A DNA stretch of 64,000 nucleotides from Eledone cirrhosa. Lineage: Eukaryota. The translations under genes were made by a program, and so were the position numbers. The stretch is from NCBI GenBank assembly GCA_964016885.1, contig OZ024742.1:239754001-239818000 (forward strand). The letters run 5' to 3'. The notes below the pieces were generated by a model. The model made no database searches and was not told the origin of the DNA. It saw only the letters and a list, made by a program, of their open reading frames with translations. Below, piece after piece: positions 1-14,165 of this stretch (position 1 is its first letter; each line of letters begins with the position of its first letter).

Positions 1-345
1 GCAAAGCTAACCTTGGCAGAATTTGAATTCAGATCGTAAAGGGATGTAACCCTAAGCTATAAGGCATGTTGTCCGACACTCTAATGACACTACTAATCCA
101 CCACCCTTCTGCCAATAATAATAATGGTTTCTGATAGAGGCACAAGGCCAGAAATTAGGTGTAGAAGGGTGTTGAGTACATCAACTCCTGTACTTGACTG
201 TTACTTTATTTTATTAAACTTGAAAGGATGAAAGACAAAGTTGACCTTGGCACGATTTGAACTGAGAATGTAGAAAGTGTTAACTAAATGCTGCAAAGCA
301 TTTTGTCCAATGCTCTACAGATACTGAAAATCCACCACTCTCAAT
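1..345 (-). mobile_element. Two tandem SINE family A copies (further copies near 1490, 1660, 8070, 11285, 11495, 16170, 17920, 18180, 52030, 55440, 59880)
   Basis: Recurrent ggatgaaaggcaaagttgacc...ggatttgaactc motif. Confidence 0.85.
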
Positions 346-768
346 AATAATAATAATATTAATAATAATGATGATAATAATAATACTATATAACAGACAA
401 ATAACTATATCAAAAATAATTTTCAGGCTCTCCTGTCTAAGGTGTGTTCCATATTAAAAAAATGGAACATAGTTGAAGTGCCAAATATATTTTTAAAAAA
501 AACAAGACAAAATAAAAAATAAAAAAACAAATGGAGAGGTAGACTAAAACCTATCTATTTATCTATCTATAATAGATGTCGAAATTAGCAGCTAGCTAAA
601 AGAAACACACATATCTTATCTGATGTGTTGAAATCAATGTAGTAGGATTTTACAAGCACATATACTCAAGACGGGAAGATGTTGTTTCAGTTTGAAGCAT
701 TGAAGCAGATATTACAGGAAGTAGGTTCTCTTCCTTTTATGACTTACTTGAAAGGATGAGGGGTAAAA

Positions 769-770
<2 letters not shown>

Positions 771-819
<49 letters not shown>

Positions 820-915
820 TGTGTGGGTGTATATATATATACACACATATATATATAATGTATTTATCTATCTATCCATATATATATATATATATATATG
901 CATGTGTGGGCGTGC

Positions 916-952
<37 letters not shown>

Positions 953-1105
953 CATATGTAATGTATTTATCTATCTATCCACATATATGTGTGGGTGTGT
1001 GTGTATATATATATATATGCATATATGTATATATATATATATACACACATATATATACGCATACACACACCTACATATATGTATATACACACACACACAT
1101 ATACA
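771..1105. repeat. Compound (TA)n/(CA)n/(TG)n microsatellite; similar tracts at about 5655-5940, 7700-7750, 11760-11888, 12245-12390, 12778-12950, 26045-26150, 29340-29640
   Basis: Directly visible dinucleotide repeats. Confidence 0.98.
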
Positions 1106-1404
1106 TGTCATGTTTTTTTTAAAACAAGTAACTCAGTATAGATGAAAATGCAAGTGTACATCTCCCTATCAGAGCTGTTGAAGGAGGAGCAGGAGGATAA
1201 AATATTGATTCAATAATCCATTATTGCAACAGGTTCTGTTTTAGAAATATTTAATCATACACAAAATGTAGAAACCAAAGAAACGCCCCCCCCCCCCCCC
1301 CCAATCCACACACACACATTATCATTTTGTCTACATATTTTGGATAGAAGTTAAACATCTATATACAGATTTTCTACCCTAAGTGACGCTCAAAGCCAGT
1401 CACT

Positions 1405-1466
<62 letters not shown>

Positions 1467-4396
1467 TAGAGGGAGGGAGGAACTCAATTTCATTATTTCA
1501 CTGGTCTTTTATTTTATTGACCCCCAGAAGGGTGAAAGGCAAAGTTGACCACAGCAGTATTTGAACTCAAAATGTAAAGTACTGGAACAAATACCACACA
1601 GTGTTTTGTCTGATGCTCTAACCATTCTGTCAATTCAATTCAATAATAATATAATAATACTGATTTCTACCATAGGCACAAGGTTAGCAATTTCAGGGGA
1701 TGGGAAAGTCAGTTAAATGGATTCCAGTACAAGGCTGGTACTTTATTTTTTCAACCGTAGAAAGGTGAAAGGCAAAGTAGCTTTCAGTGGGATTTGAAGT
1801 CTGATTTAGGCACAAGGCCAGCGATTTGAGAATGTAGAGAGTGAGAGCAAATACTGCAAATCATTTCACCTGACACTAATGATTCTGCTAATCCACCTCC
1901 CTAATATAAGATATAAAAAAAAAAGAGAATTATTCCACACAAAAATTTTACAGCTACTCTTAAAACATATCAGTAAAACTATCAGCTAAGTTAAAGCTAT
2001 ATCTATTAATCCTTTTGTTGCCATATTTCTAATGACAGGTACTGCCTATGTGTTTCAATTAAATTTTGAAAATAATAAAAATTTAGAGAAATTTAATGAA
2101 ATAAGCAACTTCATTAGCAAGCTGTTGGGAATATTACTTGATAAAAATTCTCTAAAGAAAATTATGACGGAAGGCTTTAAATGAGCAGTTTTGTATCATA
2201 AAACCAGGGCAGTTTCAGGTAGGGTTTGTTTCAAAAGGAGTTAAGCACAATAAAATCTGTTTAATAGTTTCCTATAAAGAACAGTTCATTAGTAATATTA
2301 GAAAGTCAATATGTTTCCTCATTTGATAACATCATTCAAACAAGATAGAATTTGCCATAATATCAGGGAAAGATAACACACACACAACAAGAAACAGTAA
2401 ACATAAATAAATTCCATAATATGAACAGCAAGACAAATCAGAGGAAATCATTATTAACACGTTCTGCATAAAAGTAAAATATTTCTTAACTGATTTCATA
2501 CAGAATAATAATGAAAGAATATTATGGAAAAAATGTTAAAGAGAAATATTACACACACACATTTCTACACGTAATGGAAACCTCAAAGATCCCTAATTGT
2601 TAACTCTGAAAATTAGCAGTAAAACTATCACTTAAGTTAAAGCAACATCTATTAAGCAGGCAACATGTTGGCAGAGTCATTAAGGTGTTATCAGTTCACC
2701 TTCTGCAGAGGTTGATAAAGTACCAGTCTGGTATTGGGGCCAAATTCTCTATCACTTTCTCTTGCTCTCTCTGTCTTCATCTCTAAAAGTATTGGCTGTG
2801 TTACAACCTGGAGAGTGATGAGCCCTGCCAGCTTTTATAATGCCCAAAACATGCCTCGTAAGACACCATCAAAAGTTAAGGACCCCTTTCCTTTTTTTTC
2901 TTCTTTTATTAAGCACAATAAAAGTTTTCTATAAAGGACAGTTCATTAATAAGATTAGAAAGCCAATACTGCTCATTTGATAGCATGGAATTTTCCATAA
3001 TATTAGTAAAAGAGAACACAGACACACACATGCACAATTAACAATTACAACATGAAACACTAAAGATATATATCTTGCATAACCAGAACAGCAATAAAAG
3101 CTGAAGAAACCATTTGTTTGTGTGTTAAATGCTGCATCAGTTAGTAACACCATCACTGCATGCCTGTATGTACACCCAGCACACATATATGTGGTTGTAT
3201 ATAGACTATATGAACATATATGTGTAGGACCTCTGTGAGATTCAACAACAAGTGTTCCAGTTGTTTGAAAAACAGAACAGCCTGTTCCCGAAATTAACAA
3301 GGGGCTGAACTTTTCACAGGCATGTGTACCCTAAACATAGTTCTTAAAGAGATTCAGCATAAGGTAGTCCTTTGAATTTTTGGGAACAACTCACTTTTGC
3401 CAACTGAGTGAGCTGAAGCAATGTGAAATAAAATTTCTTGCTCCAGGACAACACATTGATGGAACTTGAACTTATGCCCTTATAAGTGCATGTCGAATAC
3501 CCTACCAACTAAACCACATGCCCTCACAGTGAACATGTGTGTACATGTTGAACCTCCATTAGTCGACCATGAGTGTTCCAGTTGTTCAAACAGAACAGAC
3601 TCCTTGTGAAATTAACAATGAGAAGGTGGCTAAGAACTCCCCAAACGTGCACCCATAACATAGCACTCAGGGAGATTCAGCATGACACAGTGTATATGTG
3701 TGACAAAGCTGGTCCTTTGAATTTACAGGAACAACTAATTTCTGTTTAGCTGAGTGGACTGGAGCAAGATGAATTAAAGTATATTTCTCAAGGACACAAC
3801 GTGCTGATGAGAATTGAATGCATGACATTATGATTGCAAGTCAAACACCTTAACAACTAAGCCATGTGCCTTCCCAGTGAACATACATATGCATACACAC
3901 ACTAACACACAGAATATGCAAGTAGTGAAAAATGATAAACACAATATTCCATGTCATGCGGCACTTAACTCTCAAAGTATTTGAATTCAGAGGGCAGGGA
4001 GCCAGAAACCAGAAACATTACAATCACTGCCATTTTACTGTATTACACAATATTTTAAGAGCTATGAAACTTAGAGTATGAGATGTTTTTTTAACATTAA
4101 AAATTCTACTCTATACTCAGAAAGATCTAGAAGCAATTGAGGATATCTTTTTTCAGTTAATTTGTTTTCCATTTTTTTTTCACTTAAAAATTTCTTTTTT
4201 TTTAATTGTACAGTCCAAAAGATGGAGAGCTTCAGAGATTTGTGGGAGAAGGGTGGAATGTAGCCCAAGTCCAGATGCTTGCAATGATTTAACAGAAAAT
4301 ATCTAAAGACAGGTTTGTCAATTCAAATGTTTATAATATCTTTCCTAGTGGATAGATTGTTGTAAAAATTTACAGTAAACTAAAGTAAAAGCTTCA

Positions 4397-5110
4397 ATGT
4401 TTAATCTCGAGGGTGTGGACCTGGAGGATGTGGAGTCCTTCGTTTACCTGGGCTCAACAGTGGTTCCAACGAGACAGAGCGCAACCGAGGTCAAGCGTCG
4501 CATAGGTGCTGTCAGATCCGCTTTTGGGCGCCTCCAACAGTGTCTGTGGGACAGAAGAGAGATCACCTCGGCGACCAAAGGGCGAATCTACCAGGCCGTC
4601 ATTTGCACTATCCTCCTCTATGGCTGTGAAACATGGCCTATGAGGGTAGTCGATCAACGGCGGCTGGAGGTCTTCGACAATGACTGTCTCCGCCGGATTC
4701 TTCGCTGCCGACGCATTGATCGAGTACCTACCACCAGTCCTCGTCTTCGCCTGAATCTTCAACCCCTTCAGTGCTTCTGCAACGGCGCTTGAGATGGTTT
4801 GGTCACGCAGCCCAGCACCCTGAGGATGAGCTGATCCATGATATTCTCCTCCCACCTCCACTCTCTAACTGGCGCAAGCGTGTTGGCGGGGAGCTGAAGA
4901 CCTGGGCAACGACGATCAAGGAGGACCTCTCCGAACTCTCAGGTCCGCAGGTGGTCGGCCTGCGCTGATGAAACCGTGACTGGCTCGCTATCTCCAGTGA
5001 CCTGGCCCGGGACCGTCGTGCATGGGCTGCCATGGTTCGGGATGCCGTCAGGACAAGGGAAGAAGCCGGCTCAACCGTCCAGGGTGAATGTCGACACAAG
5101 TACAAGTAAG
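4397..5110 (+). mobile_element. 5'-truncated RTE-clade LINE, 3' end (frameshifted)
   Basis: VESFVYLGS, EVKRRIG, LLYGCETW, RRLRWFGH, RKRVGGELKTW motifs; ends in acaagtacaagtaagt tandem tail; GC/CpG-rich. Confidence 0.9.
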
Positions 5111-6138
5111 TGATGCAATCATAACGTTTTGTACTTAAAGTCTTTACTCTATCTAATAATGCACATTTTCAGTGTTTCTGTCCACCACAATCCCATTTTT
5201 CGATATTTCCAGCTAAATCACTATAGTATGTCATGAGTTAATTAGTGATAACCAATAAAGACTGCAGGGTTATAGAGGACGAAGCAGAGAGAACAGCAAA
5301 TGGAAATGTATATATTGTTCTAATAAAAAGAAATGATGGATAAGCTAAATGGAAGAAAGAGAGAGAAATTATTGATGTAGAATTAAAGGGGAAAAAATGT
5401 TCAAATGTATTCGGGGCTGGGGCTGGGGGGGCTGGTAGAGAGAAGAAAAAAAGGAAAAAAGAACCAGAAGCCTACATTGCAATATAAATAATTGATGTGT
5501 ACAAATAATGGAAATTACTCATTATTGTATTCTAAACAGAAGATTTTTTTTTTATAAGAAAATAAAAAAAATGATAGTATTCAGATTTGTCTTTCATTTA
5601 ACATAATCAATAAAGATGAAGAGTAGAAATAATTGTTATTGCTATTATTATCATACATGTGTACACAAACACACACGTGTACAGATATATACATGCATAC
5701 ATATATTATGTGTAAATATATATAATTGCATATATATATATATACATACACGTGTACATCCATATATATATATATATATATACATACACGTGTACATGCA
5801 TATATATATATACATATACGTACATAAATATATATATATATATACATATACATACACATATATATACATGTGCACATATATATATATGTGTGTGTGCATA
5901 TGTACATACACACACACACACATCTATACATACATACAAAAATTGATAACACCAAGCGAAAATGAGCAATTAAGTTGTTTGACCATTCTAAATTGTTAGT
6001 GGCTTAGAGGGAGAACTTTTCAGAGGCTGAAGCAGAATTTCATGTACAAAGCTTAGTCTTTGGTCATATCAATGAACACACACACACACACAAACATATA
6101 TACAAATGTGTGTGTGTAATTTGTACACATGATATTGT

Positions 6139-6570
6139 GAAGGTGCGTGGCATAGTGACTAGAGAGTTAGATTCACAGTCACGAGATTGTGAGTTCAATT
6201 GCTGGACAAGGTGATGCTTTATGTCGTTGAGCAAGGCATTTTATTTCACATTGCTCCAATTCACTCAGCAGTAGAAATGAGTTGTGACATCACAGGAGCC
6301 AAGCAGTATCAGTCTTTGCCTTTCTCTTGGACAGCATCATACATAGTGTAAATATACTGTATACATATATATAATGTATATATGAGTTGCAACATGCATT
6401 AGCCTTTGCCTTTCCTTTGCATGCCATTGGTGGTGTGAAGAAGGGAGAGTGGTATGCATGGGAGACTGCTGGTCTTTCATAAAAACACCTTGTCCAAGCT
6501 TATGCCTCAGAGGGGAACTTTCTAGGTGCAAATCCTATGGACATTCTTGACCAAAAAGGGTCTTTACACC
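6139..6570 (+). mobile_element. tRNA-derived SINE (family B-related head, different tail); relatives near 3200-3880, 13540, 19700-20190, 21170, 22925-23400, 34080, 39630, 43570, 47690
   Basis: gaaggtgcgtggcatagtg...gagttcaatt head; gagcaag.cactttatttcac.ttgctcca core; ggaactttctaggtgcaa tail. Confidence 0.75.
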
Positions 6571-7693
6571 TGATATTACACAATCAGCTACCAATGGTTT
6601 TGAGGTCTAAAATAACTTTACCTGGTGGCAACTCCTAAGGCAAACACATAGATCCAATGAAGGACCAGTGGTCAAAACTTAAATATTATATAAGCTTTGT
6701 TGGGCCACCAAACCATTGATAGCTGATGATGGTGTAATATTGTGTATTAAACATATTAACAAATATTAGTTTACTGGGTATAGAGAACTCTTTGTTCTTG
6801 TTGACCATTATGCTACACACACACACACAAATTAGTTACTTGGCATGACTATGACATTTAGTTACACTGAATGAAGAAACACACAGTATAGTTCTAGAAA
6901 AGAAAGAAAAATTGAAAATATAGCTACAACAATGCAGATAAACTATAAATAATTATTGAGAAAATCAGGTAGAGTACTCCTGGAAAACGAAAATAGAGGA
7001 CAGGAATGCCTACTTTTTCCATCTCCTATGGCAATTTGATATATTCAACTACTATTATAGTTATCTGCACTGTGGCAATTATATTCTTAAATTTCAAATT
7101 TTTTAATGCTTCCAAATGTGAAATGTAAGTATATGTACAACTATATATGTATATATATACACATACACACACATACAAATACATATATGTAGGCACATAC
7201 ACATATATTTATACATTTATAAAACGACAACAGAAGGCTGGACTGGAAGATATATATACATATACACACACACATCAACATACAGCAAAATTCAAGTCAG
7301 TAGTTTCTGTGCATCACCAGATGTAGAACTCAATGTAATTTTCCATTTTGCATGGCACAAAAAAAGAGGAAATCCAGATATTTTCTCCCTTGTCTGTATA
7401 CACACAGCCAAAGTCAATATTCAATGTATATAAATGAAGCATGAATATAGGCTGCCATCGTGATAAGAACAAATAAGGTTTTAGTACATATATTTAATTA
7501 TTTTAATTATTCAGTTTTACAAATGAATAATTAAATAAATACAATAAAACCTCATCTGTTATTGTTATTATATATATATATAAGATGACAACAATAAGTG
7601 AAGGAAAGCTGTGTTGGAGAGACCCATCCAACTCATGCAAGCATGAAAAGACAGACAAAACGGTGATGATGATGATGATGATGATGATGATTA

Positions 7694-7754
<61 letters not shown>

Positions 7755-10700
7755 AAACATTCAAGAAGCAACAGCACTCAATGCTGCATTGTGGTGTTAA
7801 ATTTAATCAGGAGAAAAGTTTATTACATGATGTTCATGATACAGTCTGTTTCATACATAAGTTATTTTACATTACTGCAAAGTAGGCTATGATACAGTAC
7901 AGTCCTCTAACTCCCGATGGAATCATAGGGGCACTATAGTGACGTACAGCATTTCTAGGACATTTTAAGCCTGACAGAGCCCATCATTTTCTAGGCCAGA
8001 GTATAACCAATTCCTTCGTGAGAAGGTTTGAGAGAGAAAGTGAGAAAGAGACAGACGAAGAATAGACCCCAGTACTGGACTAGTACTTTTTTTATTGACC
8101 TCAAAAGGATGAAAAGCAAAGTTGACCTCGGAGTAGATAGCCAGAATGAATACCAGAAAGCACTCTATCTGATGTTCTAACAACACTGCCAATTCGCTGA
8201 CTTGAAGTAAGCTGTATTCTAGAGCAAAGCAGGGGATATAATGGAAGAATGCAGTTTGCTTTAGAGTCATGCAAAATAACCTATTTATGAAACAGTCTGT
8301 ATAATGAAGATCATGTAATATATTTTTTTCTCAATTAAATTATATACACATAGAACCTGTCAAATATGAAGGTGTATTATATATATATATAAATGTGAGG
8401 GTGTATCATATATATACATATATATATAAACAATTTCATAATTATTACTGCACAAATGGCTGCTGTTTTAATAAAAACTCCCAACCATCAGGGTCTCAGA
8501 TATTTTCCGTTACCAAAAGTTACCCACTTTACCACAGTTTACCTGTTGTTTTCTGCTGTTTTCTTGTAAAAGAAAAAAAAGTGAAGAAGAACCAAAACCC
8601 GAAAAGAAAGGGGATTTAAGGAAAAGAAAAGGAAAAATAGAAACACAGTAAAATAAGAAGCATTTGTATAATTGTCAGCTAGAGAGTTCTTAGTTGATCC
8701 CTACAGAGTGTCACCATTTTCCATCTATTTGTGGCTTCTCCCTAACCCCTAACCAACAAACATCAGAATGAAAGAAAACAACTCAAAGAGTGAAAGAGAG
8801 GCAGGAACTAAACATATTACCTAGAAAAGACAGACTTTGAGTTTGGTACCTAATGAATGGAAAAGGTGGGGAAACAAGATCATTATTGATAATGATAATA
8901 ATATCAATGATTTCTATTTTAGGCCCAATGCCATTATTTTGGGGATAGGGAAAGTCGATTATAATGACCCCAGTAGTTGAAAATACCAATCAAGTGCTGA
9001 GGTTGTTATAATTGACTTTCATCTCTCATCAAATTGTTGACCTTGTGCATAAATTAGAAATCATTATTGTTAATATTGTAAGTGATAGAAAAAAAAGAAC
9101 GATTAGTGTTAACTCTTAACACCCTGTAATGATTTAGCAGGAAATAACTGAAAACAGGTTTGTTAATTCAAATAATTGTAGTCAAATCGTCGAAACTGCA
9201 GGAGGTCTGAAAGTTGATGAGTGTATTTAAATGTTTGTGATCTATCATCCATTCTATCTATTCTTCCTTCCTATCTATTCTTGCTGCTGATTTCTATCCT
9301 TCGAGGTAATTTAACCCAACGCCATTTCGACAGCATTTGGCTGTTTTAACAGCTTCCTTACACTAAGGTTTTCCATTTTCCTATGAATTCTAATACACTT
9401 GCATTTTCAAGATTCGATATTCGAGTTAATTTTGTTTAATTGTAGTATCTTTGCAAATGGATAGACCATTGTGTAAATTAGCAGTATTAGGGTAAACACT
9501 TTAATTTTTATTTAGTGTGGTGCAGTCAGTGGTATTTTTAGTTCTCAAGAATGTCTTGTTAAAGAGGATAGTTAATTCAAATGTTTATAGTATGATGCAG
9601 TTATAGTGCTGCTTTATACTTTTCAAGAATGTCTTGCTAATGCAGTTTCATGTAGTACAGGATGTTTAGAGTTAAATAATGAAAAAAACAAAAAAATAAA
9701 ACAATGTTCTGGTGGTGGTGGAGGAACAACTACAACATAAGTTGAAATAATTAAATCTTCAGTATTGTGTGTTTGAACTCCACAGGATACAGCTATATAT
9801 CCAGAAGCTAAGATAGTTTAGTACAACACAAACAACAAGCATTTTAAGGCCAGATGTTACCCTTGTGGGCCCTCATAACAAGTTTCCTATTGATCTTGGG
9901 GTTCATTTTGAGGCAATGTTTTACAGCTGGATGCCCTTCTTGGTGCCAGCCCTATTAGTGCCTCTAGTTAGTACACTGAAGCAGATAACAAATATTGATC
10001 TGAAATTTTTGATAAATAGTAATATATTAAACTAATAAAACAAAATACACATACACAAAATTCTTTCATCAAATTTAGACACTCCATTATCATAATGAAT
10101 CAAGTAAAATCTGCAAACAAAAATGAAAAGTGAAATTTACAGTTCACACCGATGTAGGTTCAGCCTCCTATGAAGTTGCATTGTGTTGGAGGTTTCTCAG
10201 GTGTTTTAATGATATGGGTCTCAGTCCTACCATGAGATTTTAAATTGAGACCCAGCCTCATCTGAGAGGTCAGTATCCTCACTTGAGTACTGATTTGTAT
10301 TACTAAATTCCTTCAAATTTTTATATATTTTAAAAATTAACTGGAAGTCATAGGCAGTCTTTTAAAAGAGAAAATATGATAAATTGGTTTACTGTATAAA
10401 GTTGTTAGAGATAGGAAAGGCATCAGGCATAGAATTCCTGCCAAAACTGGAGCGCATGTAAGCAACACATACACCCTTGACCTGTTTAGGATGCAGTAGC
10501 CCTAATTAAGCACTGCCGTGACAACCTATTCAGCATATGACAGCATGGAAAATAAGTTAAATGATGATGATGATCATCATCATCATGGTAATGAACTAAG
10601 CCTTGTTGCGGAACACAGAATGAAACAAAATATGAATAACCGATGATTAAACCATAAAATCATACAATGCCAGATGGAATCGGATAGATTGCTGATAAGG

Positions 10701-11834
10701 AGAAAACAGTAAAAACTAATTAATTTAATGTAAATTAATTTAACAAACAAAAAATGCAAGAATATGTTGAATGGATATATTGAGTTAAATTAAAATAGAA
10801 TGGTTTGGATGGAATGAGAAGAGAAATATGGAGAAAATATCAACTAAAAACAAAATACATTATATATATATATATATATATATATTAATCTAAAAAGGTA
10901 ATGAAAAAATATTAGGTATGAAACATTATATGGTAGGAAGAAAGAAAAGATTAAAGAAATGAAAGGAAAAAAAAGGTTATTAATAATGTTGGTGTCACAC
11001 CATAGACACTCTGTAAAATGGTTGGTGATAGAAAAGGCATCCAGCCAGAGAAGTTTTGCTAAACAAAACATTGAGATAGTTCTTTAGTTGTGTCAAAACC
11101 ATAAAAACTTCTCTAGTGCTGACGCCATGATAAAATGCACCCAGTGTACTCTCTAGAGTGTTGAAACATATGTAAGTGGGATGGAACCCCCTTGGCCATC
11201 TGAGATGTCAGTAGCTCCAATTGACTAGGTCTGTGACAAGTTGCCTAACCTTTGTTAGCAAGGAAAATGGACGGTGAATAATAATAATGGTTTCATTTAG
11301 GCACAAGGTCAACAATTTTGAGGGAAGGGAAAATCGATTAAATCTACCCCAGCGCATTACTGGTACTTTATTTTATCAACCCCATCAGAAGGATGAAAGG
11401 CAAAGTTGACTTTGGAGGGATTTGAACTCAGAAGGTAAAGAGCCAGAATACAGTATTTCTTCTGACGTCATAATAATTGTACCATAATTTTTAATAATGG
11501 TTTCTACTTTTGGCACAGGGCCAGCAATTTGAAGGAAGGGGAATGTCAATTAAATCGACCCCAGTGCATTATTGGTGCTTTACTTTATCAACCCAGTAAG
11601 AGTGAAAGGCAAAGCTAACCTTGGCAGGAATTGAATGCAGAATGTTAAAATCCTGACATGGTTAGCTTTGCCTTTTATCAATAATAACAATCTTTGAAAG
11701 GAAGTTTAAATTGCTAGCAACGAATACAAAAATAATGATTAAAGACAAAACTTGGGGACTATATACATATATATATTTATATATATATACATATATACAC
11801 ACATACATATATACATATACACACACATATATAT

Positions 11835-11888
<54 letters not shown>

Positions 11889-11890
<2 letters not shown>

Positions 11891-12245
11891 TGGCTGCCAA
11901 CTCGTTTTCGAGTATGGGCACTACTTTATATCCATGTAGGAAAACCCCTACTGATGCGCTGAACAAGTGTGACTTTTTAGTCCAGCCAGCAACTTGAAAA
12001 TTCTGGTACAAACACTACACTTGTGACAATTACTGACACATAGTGCTGGGCCCATTGTACCCTGTGATGACAAGTGCAGAGAGATCTCCAGATATAAAGC
12101 AATGCCTGTGCCGTGAAGCTTTTATAGTGAGCAAAGGCACTGCACAAAGCCAGTCCCACTCTCTTAACCAAGATGATATTTACCAAAAAGAAGAATAAGT
12201 CAACATCATTGGATACCATCAGGGTTGCAGGTGTTATATCAGAGT
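11889..12245 (-). mobile_element. Inverted near-identical partial copy of the 35.8-36.1 kb element
   Basis: Reverse complement matches 35765-36091 with few differences (see paired ORFs MVSNDVDLFFFLVNII...); sits in a TA microsatellite. Confidence 0.85.
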
Positions 12246-12357
12246 ATATATGTAGGTATGTATGTGTGTGTATATATATATATATACATATATATATATA
12301 CACACACATATATATATATATACACACACATATATATACACACACACACACACACAT

Positions 12358-12388
<31 letters not shown>

Positions 12389-12851
12389 TGTAGAATGAAA
12401 GAGATAGAGTTAGAGAGTGACAAAGAGAGCTGTCACCTTATAACACCATTAACCTATGTAACAGTGAAAACACAATGGTATAGGAGGAAATACTAACAAG
12501 ATTTATCAGAGAGAAAAGGAATTAAAAATCAAAAAGTTCTTCTTATTGGCATTATTGATCACTAATAGATGCTGCAGGTGTTATCAATTGACTGATCAAC
12601 TCACAATACAGCTGTAGCAGCAGAAATGGAACAAGGAATATTTCTTGTCTCTTCAAGTTGCTGGCTTCCTTCATAACAAGACTCCATCTTCTCACATTAT
12701 AGAAATGTTTTTTTTTGTTGTTGTATTTTTCTCTCCTCTACAATGTATTTTTTAATGTTATTCTCTCTCTTTCTCATATGTGTGTGTGTGTGTACATATA
12801 TATATATATACACACGTGTGTGTGTGTATATATATATACACACACACACAC

Positions 12852-12942
<91 letters not shown>

Positions 12943-13980
12943 CACATACACACAAATATTCCAAGTTTTTGGAATTTAATTATAAACTAACAGCTGGAAC
13001 CTAAAGGAAATGTAATTAGTTAAGCAGGCTGCAAGGATTTCTTTGAATTATTAAAAAAAAGTATTAAAAAAAATATATTTTATTTTAACACAAACTAACC
13101 TGAACTACACTATTAGGAGAAACAGGAAGGAAAGAAGGGAGAAAGAAAGTTGAAATTATTTCATTTGAGAGAATAGATTGCACATTGTAGAGTTTAACCT
13201 AATGTGTTAAATTTTAAGGTACTAGCTCTGGTTAGAGGGCTGTCCTTCCTTATCATTCAGTAAGACACATTCTCTATGCCAACAGAGGTTAATTAGAAGG
13301 ATTAATCTAATGAGTATTAATTTGGTTCCAGCAGAGAATATTTCTTGTCTATCAGTCTTTACCTTCTGCCAACACACACACAAATATATTTAGAGCCTCT
13401 TGACACCAATGATAGTTACTGTTTATATCCAGTTCAGAATAAATGGTATACCATGTCGCTGCATGTCATAAAATGTGATTAAATAAAAAGTGGTTGGCAT
13501 CAGGAAGGGCATATAGTCATAAAATATTACCTCAAAAGGAAGTGTGTGGCCTAGTGGTTAGTGTGTTGGACTTACGATCATAACATCATGGGTTTGATTC
13601 TTCGACTGGGTTGCGTCTCGTATTCTTGAATACTTCATTTCACGTTGCTCCAGTATACTCAGCTCAAAGTGAGTACCAGCAGTAGCTAGAGGTTTAACCC
13701 TGTAATAGACTGGCGTCCTGTCCAGGTGGTAGTGCCAGTGTCACAATAAAATGCACCCAATATACTTTGTAAAAGTTAATGCTAGTGCTACAATAAAATA
13801 CCCCCAGTACACTCTGTAAAGTGGTAGTGCCAGTGAACCAGTTCAATCTGTAAAGTGGCTGGTGTTAGGGAGAACATCTGGCCATAGAAACCATGCCAAG
13901 ATATGGCTATCTGACCTGTCTCGTATTGGACCATGATAAGTTCAACCCATACTAGTATTGAAAACAGACATAAAATAATT

Positions 13981-14165
13981 GTTTCTACTTTAGGCACAAG
14001 GCCAGCAATTACCCAGTGCATTACTGGTACTTTATTTTATCGACCCCGTAAGGATGAAAGGCAAAGTCAACCTCGGCGGGATTTGAACTCAGATCGTAAA
14101 GGGACGTAACTATGCTGGAAAGCATGGCGTCCGACCCTCTACCGATACTGCCAATCCACCGCCCT
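13981..14165 (-). mobile_element. Young tRNA-derived SINE (family A) with 15-bp TSD
   Basis: Minus-strand A box TGGCAGTATCGG and B box GTTCAAATC; core gcctttcatccttacggggtcgataaaataaagtaccag; TSD cagacataaaataat. Confidence 0.9.

Noticed and set aside
756-1145. [14 protein letters not shown] ORFs here and throughout the window
   Set aside because: Translations of stop-free (TA)n/(CA)n microsatellites.
4964-4976. CTGATGAAAC in the RTE fragment
   Set aside because: No stem II between the boxes; it is mutated coding sequence, not a hammerhead.
8740-8755. ccctaacccctaacc telomere-like motif
   Set aside because: Only two imperfect units; not an interstitial telomeric array.
10214-10254. tgggtctca...tgagaccca 9-bp inverted repeat
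   Set aside because: Short stem with no snoRNA boxes or miRNA geometry; compatible with chance.
12605-12690. Minus-strand open stretch [27 protein letters not shown] ending at gtgagt
   Set aside because: No convincing acceptor and no liprin similarity; not supportable as an exon.
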